Of a stretch of DNA of 64,000 nucleotides, positions 50,328 through 62,176 are shown piece by piece. How positions within the stretch are numbered: position 1 is the first letter of the stretch; every line of letters begins with the position of its first letter. The stretch comes from Perkinsus olseni (taxonomy: Eukaryota). The notes beneath the pieces are model-generated. The model ran no database searches and was not told the origin of the DNA. It worked only from the letters and a program-made list of their open reading frames with translations. Position numbers and translations under genes: made by a program. The stretch lies in contig JABANN010000010.1 of the NCBI GenBank assembly GCA_013115125.1, positions 62,001 through 126,000 on the forward strand, read 5' to 3'.

Positions 50328-50520
50328 TTAGTAGCAACAAAGTCCTACCAGAGCCGATTCCAAAGAGGATGCGACCGCACGCTCCACGATCCGTCACGAG
50401 GATGGTGAAGTTCTCCGGTACGAAGGCTCCTTGGCGACCACCGGCGACCACATTTGACCGGTAATAGAAAGGTAGTTTCCTTTGAAACTACCCTTGAAAG
50501 GAATTGAAACCTTTTGAGCC

Positions 50521-50545
50521 CGTAATAGACCACTGGTCTATTACG
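50521..50545. repeat. Perfect inverted repeat, 12-bp arms, 1-nt centre
   Basis: CGTAATAGACCA-C-TGGTCTATTACG. Confidence 0.9.
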
Positions 50546-50747
50546 TGAAAACTCCTCCAGTTCTCCGGCCGGCTACATAAAAAATATGATAATTTCATGA
50601 CAAAGAAGTGGAAAAATGTGTTTCTCCCTCGAAGAGATAGAAGGGAAATACCACCAAGACCTGGGGATATGTTAGAGGTAACATGTTGACGATCACGCGT
50701 ACGTTCCTCGCGTGCAATCGATATCGCGTGGTCGTCAATACGTCCGG

Positions 50748-50845
50748 AAAAAGAGCTTGCACGGGGAATCGAACCTGTGCCGCCCGAGAGGAAGCGAAGT
50801 TGTAGCGATGCTCAGCGCACCCGTTGAGGCATTATATGAGCCTCG
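50748..50845 (-). ncRNA. Degenerate tRNA-like / Pol III element
   Basis: Perfect B-box GGTTCGATTCC (50765-50775) followed 12 nt later by TTTTT, with GAGCATCG upstream, but no clean cloverleaf. Confidence 0.35.
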
Positions 50846-51115
50846 TGAAATGGAATTCGCCTGGTTTTACCGGGCATCCCGTAAGAAATGAAGCCGTAGG
50901 CTATCAGCTGGTGAGAATGCGTAGGGTCTGGCGTCGCACTGCTTTGATCCTTTCTTAGCTCTGTCCTTGTGTCGTGATGACGCTTCCGTCAGCTGTAATG
51001 ACTCGGGACCCAAATTTTGGGTGAGATTCTCTCGTGGGAGGATCTGCTCAGTAGGGGAGGTTAATCCGGTACACCGTCAGTCGTTGTCTTTTACGAAGCT
51101 CGACCTGATTCCCGC

Positions 51116-53782
51116 ATGTCGCTGCCTAAGGAGCCTTCCTCGGTTTCAACCTATGCGCTGGCAAGTGCTTTATTCACAACTGCATGCGTGGCATTTGCCA
51201 CCATACCCTGCTATGCTTACCACTTGACGGACCCCGTGCTTATACCCAGACTGGTAATACGCAGTACTTGCCTCCCTCGAGTCTTGCTGTTGATTGTATC
51301 GATTGGCGCATCAATGTCGCAAACGCGAATACAAGTCCGTGCCTATTACTTTTTCTTCAGATGGTCGGAGCCGTGGTCTCCCAGGGAGCTATGATGGACA
51401 TTCGCGGCGCATCGATGTTCGGCCTCAAAGGCGTGATCTCCCTCACCCTTGCTTTCGGTATCGGCGAGGCTATGTACCAGATTGTCTTGGCTGTTTGCAA
51501 GTGCCTGAATGCTGAATATTCTCGTATTTGGGCGACGGTTGTTACCTACCCTTTCAGTCTCCTCTTCGCTCTGGGGACGCCAACAGTATACCTACGTCTT
51601 TGTATTTCGAGAAAGCTGCGCCGGAGACCCTCGTGGCTTACGTCATGGCTATCTATGCCTTCTGCATCCCCCTCGTGCTGTTGGGCATTCTCAAGTTCAC
51701 CGGTTTGCTTGTATCCTCTGGACCACCTGCCATGGTCAGGTTTGCTCATGAAGCTGCTAGATTCAACGGAGTCTTGACTGACTACTTTGTCAGCGGCGGT
51801 ACTCATAAAGAACTATTGGATGCTGCCGAGAAACGGTTCAATGGGATTTGTATAGCCATCGCTAAAAGCTCTCTCCCTCCAGATGTTGCCAACACCCTAT
51901 TCCACATGTCGGGAGAGCTATTCGCTTTCCATGAGAGTCTGACTGAAATGGGAGACTTCGAGCCCGCTATCGTTGAGCAAATGTGGAAGCCCATTGCCGG
52001 TGATCTCCTGGAGCTCAGAACTGACGTTGATTTGGTGCTGCGACAGACAGCTGAAGGCGACACTTCCGACGATGGCAAACTCTCTCAGAAGCTCAGAGAC
52101 TGCGAGGGAAGCTTGCTGAGCTCTTTGGACGATATCGGGATGGTGGTTGCGAGATGTGGCAAAGAGAATGGTCCGTCGACTTTCGATCGAAGTTATCCGC
52201 TTCCACTATGCTTTGGGCTCCTTGGTCTACTTCGCCTACCTTGTAGAAAAGTACAGAGAAGTCACCAAAGAGGCTCAGAAAACACGCGAAGGGGACAGCG
52301 AGGTGAGTTTTAAGGTTTCTTCGATCTTGACGGCGCCCGTTTCATCGAATGACAGAGATCTACTGACCGTGCTGCATACTGTTTCCCTTCTAGGTCCACC
52401 ATTACTTGCGTCCTATCACTGGTTTTGCTCATGCTGTAGCGGCTTGGTGGAAGAAGCCCCTGTTTGCCGATCTTGAGGGCAAGGCTGATCTGTGCCGTCG
52501 TTTAAGGTTCCCAGTCCGTTACAGTATCGCTCTCTTCTGTGTAGTACTACCCTTATCAGCATGGGCCAAGTACAGTGTGAACGTGAGGATGCATTGCTTC
52601 TGGTCTGTCGTACCTATCTACATGTGTTTCCTACCTACTCCTGGCGCCTCTCTCCTCAAGGGAACCCGTCGTGCGGCCGGCACCGTACTGGGAGCTGCCT
52701 GCGCGCTCATTTGCATCGCTGCGAATCCTCTTGACAAGGCCGCTTTGCTGCTGGAGCTACTCATTTTCAGCTTCCTGGGTCGCCTGGCGCGCGTGGCTGT
52801 GCCCTGGATCGACTATGCTGGCTTTGTTTTCCCCTTAACGTTTACTGTGGTTGGCTTTGGTTCCCTCTTGATACCTGGATCGCTGGGCTTCATGCTCTAC
52901 AACGCTTGTTGGCGTATTGTCTTTACTTTGAGTGGGATACTAATCGCCATGACTGGCAGTATCCTAGCCTTCCCCGAGTTCGCCTGTGATAAGCTTCGTC
53001 GTGCTTCCGGAAGAGTTCTTAAGGAAGTTGCAGACCAAGTCGAGCACCAGCTCAAACTCGTCGCCTCGTGCCAGCCCGGTGATGCCGTGCTGGTCACGGA
53101 AGAGGAGCTCACCAGTGGTGTGAAGGATCTTGGCTTGAAGGTTTACCAGTCCATCGCCCAGAGAGAGGCCCTTATGAGTGATGCCAGGGCCGAGATAGCG
53201 GTATTCAGCCCATTCACGAAACTGCTGGATATGAACCGTCGAGTCATGCTGGAACAAGAGCTCATTACCGAGTTGTTGCGAAATGCTCTGGTGCTGAGTA
53301 GCTCTCTGAGGTCTGCTGCGCCCTTCCTATCAGACCCAGCGGCAAGGAGAGCCTTGACCCCCCTTTTGAAGGCGGTAGAGGGCCTTCAGAAAGCTATGAC
53401 CCAATCTGCCAAGGCGATTTCGGAAGAAATCTGTGAAGATGAAAAGATGTGCATTCAGCCCGTTGTCGATAACGTCAACGTTCGCTTGCAACAATGCACT
53501 GATGTGATGGTGGAAGTGCGCAACAATTATCTCGCTGATATCCTGGATGGCCAAGGTGATCTACGTAAACTGAAGAGGGAGAGTGGATTCAGGATTTATC
53601 ATACCATATATGCTCTGACAGCCTTCGCTGAGAAGTGGAACACTCTGGAGCGTGGTCTTCTTGGTCGACAGATGGCTGGGGATGACTTGGCAGACGAGGT
53701 AGAACTGGACCAGATCCAGGCCACGAACCCTTCTCGAAGAGATTCTCTGAACTTGAGAAAGAACAAGTCAGCTCCTATGTAA
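51116..53782 (+). CDS. ALMT/FUSC (aromatic acid exporter-like) transporter with duplicated membrane domain; contains two unresolved frame changes
   Basis: Second half: FWSVVPIYMCFLPTPGASLLKGTRRAAGTVLG, DYAGFVFPLTFTVVG, WRIVFTLSGILIA...AFP (FUSC/ALMT pattern). The first half also has several TMs. Conventional introns at ~51254-51360 and ~52303-52393. Confidence 0.75.
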
Positions 53783-54419
53783 GGTTAGCCAGCGCAGTCG
53801 AGTCATTCGCCGCTCGCACTCGGTTTTGTACTCTTTGAGTCGAAGTGTAGAGCGGAGCACTCAGTTCCTCAGTAAATACCACTCTGCTGCCGCCGTTCAA
53901 TTCTAGCGTTGCAGCGAAAAACTCTTGAATTCGAACTCTTCACTGTTGCGTACGTTTAGTGTTACCACTTCATTCATAGGGTTTCTCTACTAACGTTGAT
54001 CATTTTTGTGTATTGCTAAGTGGGGAGGGACAAGGTTGGCGCGCGCGGACGGTGTTGAGAGGCAGCCGGTTGATACGCGCTTCGAAAGCCGGCGGCCTTA
54101 GGCCGCGACGGTTCAGAACAAGTACACGATCGTTCCCTATTCAATTACCCTACATCATGGCCGCATTGCATCATATGGAATTCGGCTCGCACTGGTCCGT
54201 TTATAAACTCTCCTTCATATTCTGACTTGTCCATTGGGGGGACCACGCAGCGTGGTTCGCGACATGAAGTGGAGAGCATCCGTTAGATATGTGTTGAGGA
54301 TGAATGCCGAAGCAAGTTCTCGTGAACTGAACAAGACTAATCACGTTTGGTTGGTGAGACCTTAGATAAAGTTTGGCGAAAACTAGCCGCTTGAGAAACG
54401 AGTCGTTTGAGCTATCAAA

Positions 54420-55538
54420 TTAAGCATATTGGTGACTGGAAACAGGATCATTAGTAACTGAATCTGATTCGGTGTCCGACTCATCGTCAGTCGAAGGCGG
54501 CACCACGTCAGCATCATCCAACTCTTCGGGCCCATCCCAGGCGAACTCGAACCGCATGCCTTTGATAGCCACCTCATTGTGCTTCAGAGAAGACACGGCC
54601 ACAATACCTCCCTGTTGAGTGATGAAAATTTGCTCAACGTCCATGTTCATGGGCTTCGAGATAACTATGCGCTGCTCATGCTCACTCAGCTGTAGGACTT
54701 CGAAGCGCAGCATACCCTCAGCAGCACTGGTACTACACACCATTGACGATGAGAGAAGGGCTATCGGCCCAGATATCGCGAGAGGTAGCTGCACAATAGA
54801 TGGCAGCTCGTTGGAGGGAATAAACACTCTGAGGATTTCCTCTTCGAAACAGAAAGTCAAGCACAATCTGCCAGAGGTTCGCTCGCGACTCACGAAGAAA
54901 TCTCCAAACCGTTCAAGCGAGGTCTCGTTCGCACGAGATTGCCATACAAGATTGATAGAGGCTTCAAAACTGTCGTCCACGAAGCCGACACTCCAAACAT
55001 ATAGTCTGCCATTAGCCCAACCTGCAACGAAGACTCTTGCGTCAAACCACCGTAAGTGAGCGTGATCAATATCAACGGTGCAGCTCCCCGCTAAATTGAT
55101 CGTCGCTTGGAAATACGGAACGTCAATGCCCTCGCAAGCGAGCCATTTACCAGTTGGATCGAAGGCAAAGACTCTCCGCGAATCGTCGTCGAAGTCAAAA
55201 CACTCGTACAAGTGGCAATCAGGTGACCTCAAAACGCGGCCGAAGCCAGCGCCCGTCCGAGCGTTGTTGAAGCAGAACATGCTACCGTATGGCTGGGCTA
55301 CAATAACGCCTATGCAGTCGCCACCGAGGAAAGCGTACTGTACCCGGTGAGAGCCAGCATATGCAGGGCGTTCCAAGTTGGATATTAGGGCTCGACGCCA
55401 TGGCCAGGCATACCGCACCACGTCGGCTGCGAGGTACTGGAAAGACCCCTCGACACCCCGGTCCTTGTAAAGTCGGCCAAGCAGAGCGATATAGAGTGAC
55501 ATATCCCAAAGCCGCTCCGTAGTAGTAAGCCTCGCCAT
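54420..55538 (-). CDS. Hypothetical single-exon protein (short helical N-terminus + beta-rich body, acidic tail)
   Basis: Long ORF (first ATG at 55538) with beta-strand/WD-like segments (FAFDPTGKWLAC, VFVAGWANGRLYVWSV). Confidence 0.55.
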   Translation of the reverse strand: MARLTTTERLWDMSLYIALLGRLYKDRGVEGSFQYLAADVVRYAWPWRRALISNLERPAYAGSHRVQYAFLGGDCIGVIVAQPYGSMFCFNNARTGAGFGRVLRSPDCHLYECFDFDDDSRRVFAFDPTGKWLACEGIDVPYFQATINLAGSCTVDIDHAHLRWFDARVFVAGWANGRLYVWSVGFVDDSFEASINLVWQSRANETSLERFGDFFVSRERTSGRLCLTFCFEEEILRVFIPSNELPSIVQLPLAISGPIALLSSSMVCSTSAAEGMLRFEVLQLSEHEQRIVISKPMNMDVEQIFITQQGGIVAVSSLKHNEVAIKGMRFEFAWDGPEELDDADVVPPSTDDESDTESDSVTNDPVSSHQYA

Positions 55539-55714
55539 ATTAAATCGAAACAGAGGCTTGTAGACAGCGAGGGCAACTGACTTGGCCCGAACCACGGAAG
55601 ATGTCACCGGGAGCGTCGAACCGAGCATGCCACGAAGCCACAGGTTGCCAGACACAATCACAAATCCGATTCGCGGAAACTCCAACCAAAAACATGTCAA
55701 AGCAAGCGCAGCAC

Positions 55715-57905
55715 TCAGTGACGGGGTTTGACGATGTCTTGTGTCTTAGGTAGGCCAGGGGATTGCCCAACCCACCTTCCGCCCGCTGTCCTTCGGATTC
55801 CCTTGAAGCCCGATTGCGTATCAGTTGGGAAAAGCCAGTGACTAACGTTGGTGTAGTAATGTGGTCGGCCTCTGGGCTGCAGTCGGGAACTGAACAGAGC
55901 CACGGCAGCTGAGTTCGAGTACTACTGAAAACAACGACCAAGGTGAGGCCCACCTTGTATCCTCTCCCGTGTCCGGCGGCGTCCCAGTCTTTTTCCGAAC
56001 CATCAACGGTGGTGGTATGTTGACCTTCTGCGACCTCCACACCCACGGCATGATGTTAGCACGCCAGTGATCCGCCCGGTTACGAATAACGCCAGAATAT
56101 TTCTTGAACTTGTATCTGAGACCTCCTCAAGTCCGAAAAGGTACGGATGGAGGCACTCCGTCCCCGCTAAGCACACTTATCGCGTTTTCTGGTAAGATTG
56201 AGTTCGTGCATGTCGTGCATCATCATGAGTCGCCTGACAAGCTTCCCTTGATGCACCGCTGCTGGCTCCACTTGCTTGTCGGGGAAGGTTCGCTCGGCAA
56301 CCTACGAGTAGCTAGATGCGATCATCAGGCGGGACGACCCGGTGTTCTACCATTAGTAGGCTATCTCGCATCATCTCCACCACGTCGTTGTCTATATCGA
56401 TAAGGGTCACATTCTGTAGAGTGTAGTTCGCATCACTAGTCCGATCTCTACACAGTATGGCGTCAAACGCTTCCTCTGCCATGATCATTGTGGGGCCTGA
56501 ACAGTGACACTGGCCACTATGACGATGCCACCTGGACACTCGGGTTCTATATTGCTGGGATATTGCGACATCTGGACTCATACAACGAAAGTGGCCCTCC
56601 TCTAATCATGAAAAATCCGCCTCCGCTGGGAAAGCCCCAAACATCAGACAACTCCAAACCGACGAAGAATCGAAGGCATGCCAGATATTACCCATCGACC
56701 CTTTGTGATCCGCGAACCCGAAGATACCCCTTCCCAAGTGAGGCATAGCCACAGATCTGATCTCTGCGTGTGAAGAGACATACTCCAAAGCCGATCGAAC
56801 AGCGTATCGAAACCGCCTCTCAGCGTCTGTACTGGACCCTTGCCAGAAGTAAGGCATAACCACGAAAAAGACTGCGGCCACGTTGTTGATGCCTGAAACC
56901 GAAGTGCCCGTTACCGTCGGGTCCTGTTAGCTTGACTAGGCTTCACATCATCCGAATCACATGGGCTACACAACGCTTAGGGTGAGGAGAGCTTGCCGAC
57001 CGTAACGATGGTAGATGAGAAACTTCCACAGCCCAACTACCATGTGCTGGCGCAGGAATGACCGTTCCGACAGGCAGACCAGAGTTGAAGTTAGCCTTTA
57101 CGGTAGGTCCGAGATCGGGAGGCTCGATTTGCTCTCGAAGAGACTGATCCGAGCGGACGAAGCCGAAAACGTCCTTAATCAGGTCACGGCCTCCTGAAAG
57201 CAGAGCGTGTTACCTGCTGAGCGACTCGGCGACCGCTAGGCCTATGAACGAGTTGAACAACAACTGGTGATGTCTCGAAATTCGCATGAACGAACGAAAA
57301 GAACAAGTATCTCTGAGTGATACGATTATCGCTCGACCGAGAGGAGATCTACGCCTCGCTGGCTACTCGTCGCACTACCTCTTTCCAGTGCCTCCAGTGG
57401 CAATCCTCTATACGGCATGATATTCGGCGACATAGGAAGGATAAGGCAGTCGCCTTGCCACTCGAAGATGCTCCCGTGGTGCGCCGTGATACTGCCGAAC
57501 TGAAGCCAATCACTCATAAAAGACGGAGAACTCGACGGAGATAGACGGTATGGACTAGACCGAACCAAGATGCATGCCGATTCATGAACTAGGACTGGAG
57601 CGACGGCAATATCAACATTCTTCCAATGCAGCCCTGTTTCCGTTACCGGTTCCACGGGGACGTTGCAAATCGCTCCCCGATAGGTGGGCTTGATGAGCTC
57701 CTCTAGGTTGCTAAAGTTCTCGTCATCCTCTTCTGCCCACTCCTCAGTTTTGACCTCTCCTCGCTGCTGAGACTTCTGCTTGTGCGGCGAGGCGTATCGG
57801 AACTTGGTTTCTATCCGTTGCCTCGGCGTCCTGAGACCCTAAAGTCGTAAGATCGAACCATTTCACCATCTAGCGGCATTCTCCACTGGCAATCAGCCGG
57901 ATGCA
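55715..57905 (-). CDS. Macrodomain-containing protein, multi-exon, 5' end approximate
   Basis: EWQGDCLILPMSPN, VFFVVMPYF...RFRYAVRSALEY...IRSVAMPHLGRGIFGF (macro 'SIAFPxIxxGxFG' motif), LQNVTLID. Confidence 0.7.
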
Positions 57906-58808
57906 TTTCATGAGAGCTGAATCTAACAGAGCCTAAAGGCTCTGCATGCTAGCCTCAGAATCATAGTGAAATTGCCCCATCATCCGCATGATCTCCAGAT
58001 GTCCGCACGGATAACTTGCGGATCCGAAAGTGAGGCTTCCACTTCAGGAGCTTCTAGTCTCCGACTCACGACCTTAGTTGTTTATCCACCATCCATATTT
58101 GTTTGTCTGCCTCATTCGCCGCCTGCAGCTCTGTCATCCATTGATTGTGTTGATGGAGTGCCAGATTCCTGGCCTTGCTCTTCTGTTTGCCCAGCCATGA
58201 TAGACACCGTCGCTGTACGCACCAAGGTGGAGCAGAGCCATTGACTGCGATGCGGCATAACATCTCTGAATAAGGCCTACGCGAAGCCTTTCATATCCGG
58301 GGAACCGCACACACCAGATCCTTGTTCGAAAACAGCCAAGGCTTTCCTCAAGGACTAGCACACTGATGATGATGCGAATGAGGCGCAATCAGTGACCTTG
58401 CGAGTAAGAGTCATCGGGCCGTATTTGTGTTGCCCTCTTCTGTAAGTTCGAACATGGAACACTGAGCTGGTCTCTATCCTGTCCCTGAGAAGCTCAAGTC
58501 CTGAGCATCAACAGCTCCCCGAACCGGAACCACAAAGGATCCGTATCTCAAACGGTGTCGCAGAGTTCGCAGGTGCAGAAGACCTTCACGACGTCTACCG
58601 GGCACCCTCATCATTGGTGACTAACCAATGGCCATCCAACTCGTCTGCCCCCTCAACATCGCCGATCGTTGCTACATGAAGGATTGCCGCGTCCAACGTG
58701 ACCAGAACTCCCTCCATTGAAGAACGCAAGCGACGGTGAGTCCAAAAAACGCATCCGAAAAGTTTTACATAAAACTGTTGAAGCAATGAAACCTCAGCTA
58801 ACAACGAC

Positions 58809-59876
58809 TCAGCCTTCCCGAGACTCACTCTCATGCCACCGAGTGAGTCCTCTTCCTCGTCCAGCCCCGACATACGACGTTATCAACAGGCGCCTGGTGG
58901 TCAAGGGAATGTAACCACATGGAGCGTTGCAAAGCTCAATAGAAAAGAGTTCATCCACGCCCTCAAGCGATATCCGCGCGAAATCGACGACGATAGATGA
59001 GTTCATACATGAACGTAAACATGCGAGGTCGTCCGTGAGCCAACATTGGAGATGGAGGCCTGATCGGAGACGCAGGAGAGTGCCCTCTTGAATACGCCCT
59101 GCTGCGACATCGACTGATCTCCTGTAAACATAAGCCTCTCCCACTGGAGGCCACTCGAAAAGATTGATACGGTTGCGTCCCTCGTCGCTGTGCATCCTTG
59201 GATCAAATGTGAACCTGGACCGTAGACCAAGAGAGAGAGACCCACTAAATTCATTCAGCTTGCCGTAAGACAAGCGGTCTAAATCAAGCCAAAGTAGACG
59301 ATCTCCATTGGACTCAAAGGCCAGGATATATAAACGTGAGCATAACTCCTTCACACCGGCGATATATGGCTCAGCTTTTCTAGCGTCTGGCCAGGACACG
59401 TAGTAATATTTTTCCTTACCCTCGAGAGGGAGTATTGATACGCTCAGTTGCTCGCTCAGAGAGCTGTACGATACCACATAGATGGAGGAGCCGCTAGTGT
59501 CGGAGGTGAAGAATGGTTCGCCGACGTGAGCCAATACACCGGGCGGGAATGAGAAGGTCTTCCGGCAGAGAAGCGCCCCCGACGAATCCCAGCGCAAGAA
59601 GTCGAACCCCAGAGGAGAGCAGTTGACGACGGCGAATCCTCCAGCGACCTGGACGAGGCCCCAGTATGTCTCGACGGAGCAGCCCTTGACGAGCGTCCGC
59701 ATCGTAGGTAGAGCGAACGATAGACGTAAGCATTCCCCAACATCTCGACGGAGCTCGTCCGGGATGCGTGGCTGAAGACCATCCACCAACTCAGTCAAGT
59801 ATCCGAGTATTAGGAAATCCTTCGTTGGGATCGACAGGACAATCTCGTCGACGCATACTCTCCTCGGAAGAGACAT
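58809..59876 (-). CDS. Hypothetical protein (beta-rich, possible F-box-like N-terminus); may splice into exons 57966-58800
   Basis: 355-aa ORF; a GTGAGT donor near its 3' end; no family recognised. Confidence 0.5.
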   Translation of the reverse strand: MSLPRRVCVDEIVLSIPTKDFLILGYLTELVDGLQPRIPDELRRDVGECLRLSFALPTMRTLVKGCSVETYWGLVQVAGGFAVVNCSPLGFDFLRWDSSGALLCRKTFSFPPGVLAHVGEPFFTSDTSGSSIYVVSYSSLSEQLSVSILPLEGKEKYYYVSWPDARKAEPYIAGVKELCSRLYILAFESNGDRLLWLDLDRLSYGKLNEFSGSLSLGLRSRFTFDPRMHSDEGRNRINLFEWPPVGEAYVYRRSVDVAAGRIQEGTLLRLRSGLHLQCWLTDDLACLRSCMNSSIVVDFARISLEGVDELFSIELCNAPCGYIPLTTRRLLITSYVGAGRGRGLTRWHESESREG

Positions 59877-60412
59877 CGGGAAACCGAGAAAACCCTACGA
59901 GTTTCACTCCATCGCAGGGAAAACCCAACACGAGGAGAATGGTCATCATGATGATGTGCACCTCTCCAGACACATAGAGGTGAACGAGGGTGGTGCTATC
60001 AAGGGTACCGCCACAGAATTTTCTCACCTCCGTACTAAGCATGATTGCCATCCACGTTCGCCTCTCAGCCGCCGCCAGGTCTGTGCAGTTCCCATATCAG
60101 ATATTCGATCCAGCTGACTATCCACTGTGGGAAAATAGCCTGGGTCAGCGGCACTCGAACTGGGCACTTGTTCGAAGGAATCCTGCTCGGACCGCATCGC
60201 CACCTTTTTCGTCGAGCACGCACCGTTGATCAACACATGAGTACATATCGGCCATGCCGAGGAATTCTCATACTATGGCAATTGATAGTCGAGCATTACG
60301 GAAAGGAGACGAACTGAACTCGTGGGAAAGAATTCATGACATGGAGAGAGCGTACCCGTTCGCCTAGTCGAACTCAACTCGAATGGTGAAGAATGCCTAC
60401 ATCATAGAATCT

Positions 60413-62176
60413 TCATGCAGGATGCGAATCCATCTCGACACGACCGAGTACTTCGCCGAGAGATGCCTCGTAGAACGCAGCGGTAGCAGGCTCAATGACA
60501 TCTCTCACATGCCCACAAGATCCACGCACCGCACGCTCAACTCGTGCGGTATCCTTGGCGATCTCGACCATTTCTCGGATGGATCCGAATCTCAGAAGAT
60601 GAGGATATCGGCGGAACTCGCTGGCTTCGTATGCTCTAGAGATTCCTGGGATATCATCGGAACCCTGGATGAAGATGCGGGTTAGATTATATCCCAGCGG
60701 AGCGAAGATGCTCTGCATCTCGTTGAAAGACATAGTACCCCTCATAACTTCTACTGCCAGCTCAGTTGACGGTACCAGGACAGGCAAGCACATGTTATAG
60801 AAGTCGTAGAGAGCTCTCTTGCTCGTATTGTCGGGGAACAGCACCACTAGTGGCCGCTCCGACGCGAACTGTTGATAGGAAACCATATCCGGACTATCGT
60901 GCGGGAGTATCATGAGCCGTCCACTCAAGCCAGCCTCGTCGAAAAGCTCAACCATCATGGAGGAGAACAACGCTCCCTGGTTACAAGAGGCGAACCACCT
61001 TGGCCGGAATACAACGACCTCCTCCCACCCTGTCCGGGGACTTTCTGCATCCGCTCCTGAGCCGGTGTAGAAACATGCGCTCGGGACTGGGGTTGTTCGT
61101 ATGGCTAACAGTTGCCCCATGGCGTCGCTCAACGTGCTACCAACTTCACCAAAAACGACATTACTCGGCGGATCTCTCACGAACTCCATAACACGATTTT
61201 CATCTCCTCGCGATAGTCCGAAAGTTAGCGGCCCGCCGCTGATAGCGAGCAAAGGAATTCCTCTAAAAACCTGCCAAGCTCCCAAGGAAATACTGGCCGA
61301 GCGAGTAGCGATCACCAAGTCCCACTCAATGACATCGGGCAGGCACGCCTTGAGTTGGACGGAGAACTCATCAACACCCATGCCGGTACCGGGATGCCCC
61401 TCCCGACAACGCTGATTCCGACCGATGAAATCTTTCATAACTTTGTTACACGGATCAGAGCAATCCTGTATCCCCTGCCCAGCCTCACAGTATGCGTAGT
61501 GACCATGGTAGTCGAAGGTGAAATCCTTCTTGGGGAATGAGGCCACGAGGGCGCTCGTCACCTCTAGCGAAAGGCTAAGGTGTTCCCCTACGACCAATAC
61601 ATGCACTCCATCGCCCTCAACCTGATGCCCATCGATGGGCCTCGAGAGTGCATAAGATATCCTAGAATACTCCGGCGGCCGCTCGTAGCGGGCCAAGCGA
61701 CCTCGCGCAGCTGACGTAACGAAATCCATATAAGGGAAGTCTTGCCAGCTGTTCGTCTCCGAGAAAAATCCCACTTCTCTAACGTAGTCATATTTCAAGA
61801 TCAAACCCAGGAGTCCTGAATCTCTTCCGCTCAGCTCAAACTGGAGCCAAACGGCTGTGAAGAATCCGAGGACGCAACCACAAGGCCCCGGAGGAATCTG
61901 GATATCGGCCGCATCTCCTCCGGCGAGCGCCAAATAGAAGACGCGCAAGGTTGGGAGCAACTCAGCTGAGAATTGTTGGTCATCTGCGAGCTCAGTGGCG
62001 AGGGTCAAAAGCTCAGACACATTCACACTTGCAATGTGTTTGAAATAGTGACTGCTGAGAGCCGATAAATGCATCCACCGGGGATCGAACTTGGGACTCT
62101 CGCATTCCAAAAACTCCCGCATTGCTATCCCAAGCGCCGCTGGTGCAACTGCAAGGTAGAGAAGCCATATTCTCAT
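60413..62176 (-). CDS. Hypothetical secreted protein, glycosyltransferase-like C-terminus (tentative), single exon
   Basis: 587-aa ORF with signal peptide MRIWLLYLAVAPAALG and an alpha/beta pattern ending VVLFP...LYDFYNMCLPVLVP. Confidence 0.55.
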   Translation of the reverse strand: MRIWLLYLAVAPAALGIAMREFLECESPKFDPRWMHLSALSSHYFKHIASVNVSELLTLATELADDQQFSAELLPTLRVFYLALAGGDAADIQIPPGPCGCVLGFFTAVWLQFELSGRDSGLLGLILKYDYVREVGFFSETNSWQDFPYMDFVTSAARGRLARYERPPEYSRISYALSRPIDGHQVEGDGVHVLVVGEHLSLSLEVTSALVASFPKKDFTFDYHGHYAYCEAGQGIQDCSDPCNKVMKDFIGRNQRCREGHPGTGMGVDEFSVQLKACLPDVIEWDLVIATRSASISLGAWQVFRGIPLLAISGGPLTFGLSRGDENRVMEFVRDPPSNVVFGEVGSTLSDAMGQLLAIRTTPVPSACFYTGSGADAESPRTGWEEVVVFRPRWFASCNQGALFSSMMVELFDEAGLSGRLMILPHDSPDMVSYQQFASERPLVVLFPDNTSKRALYDFYNMCLPVLVPSTELAVEVMRGTMSFNEMQSIFAPLGYNLTRIFIQGSDDIPGISRAYEASEFRRYPHLLRFGSIREMVEIAKDTARVERAVRGSCGHVRDVIEPATAAFYEASLGEVLGRVEMDSHPA

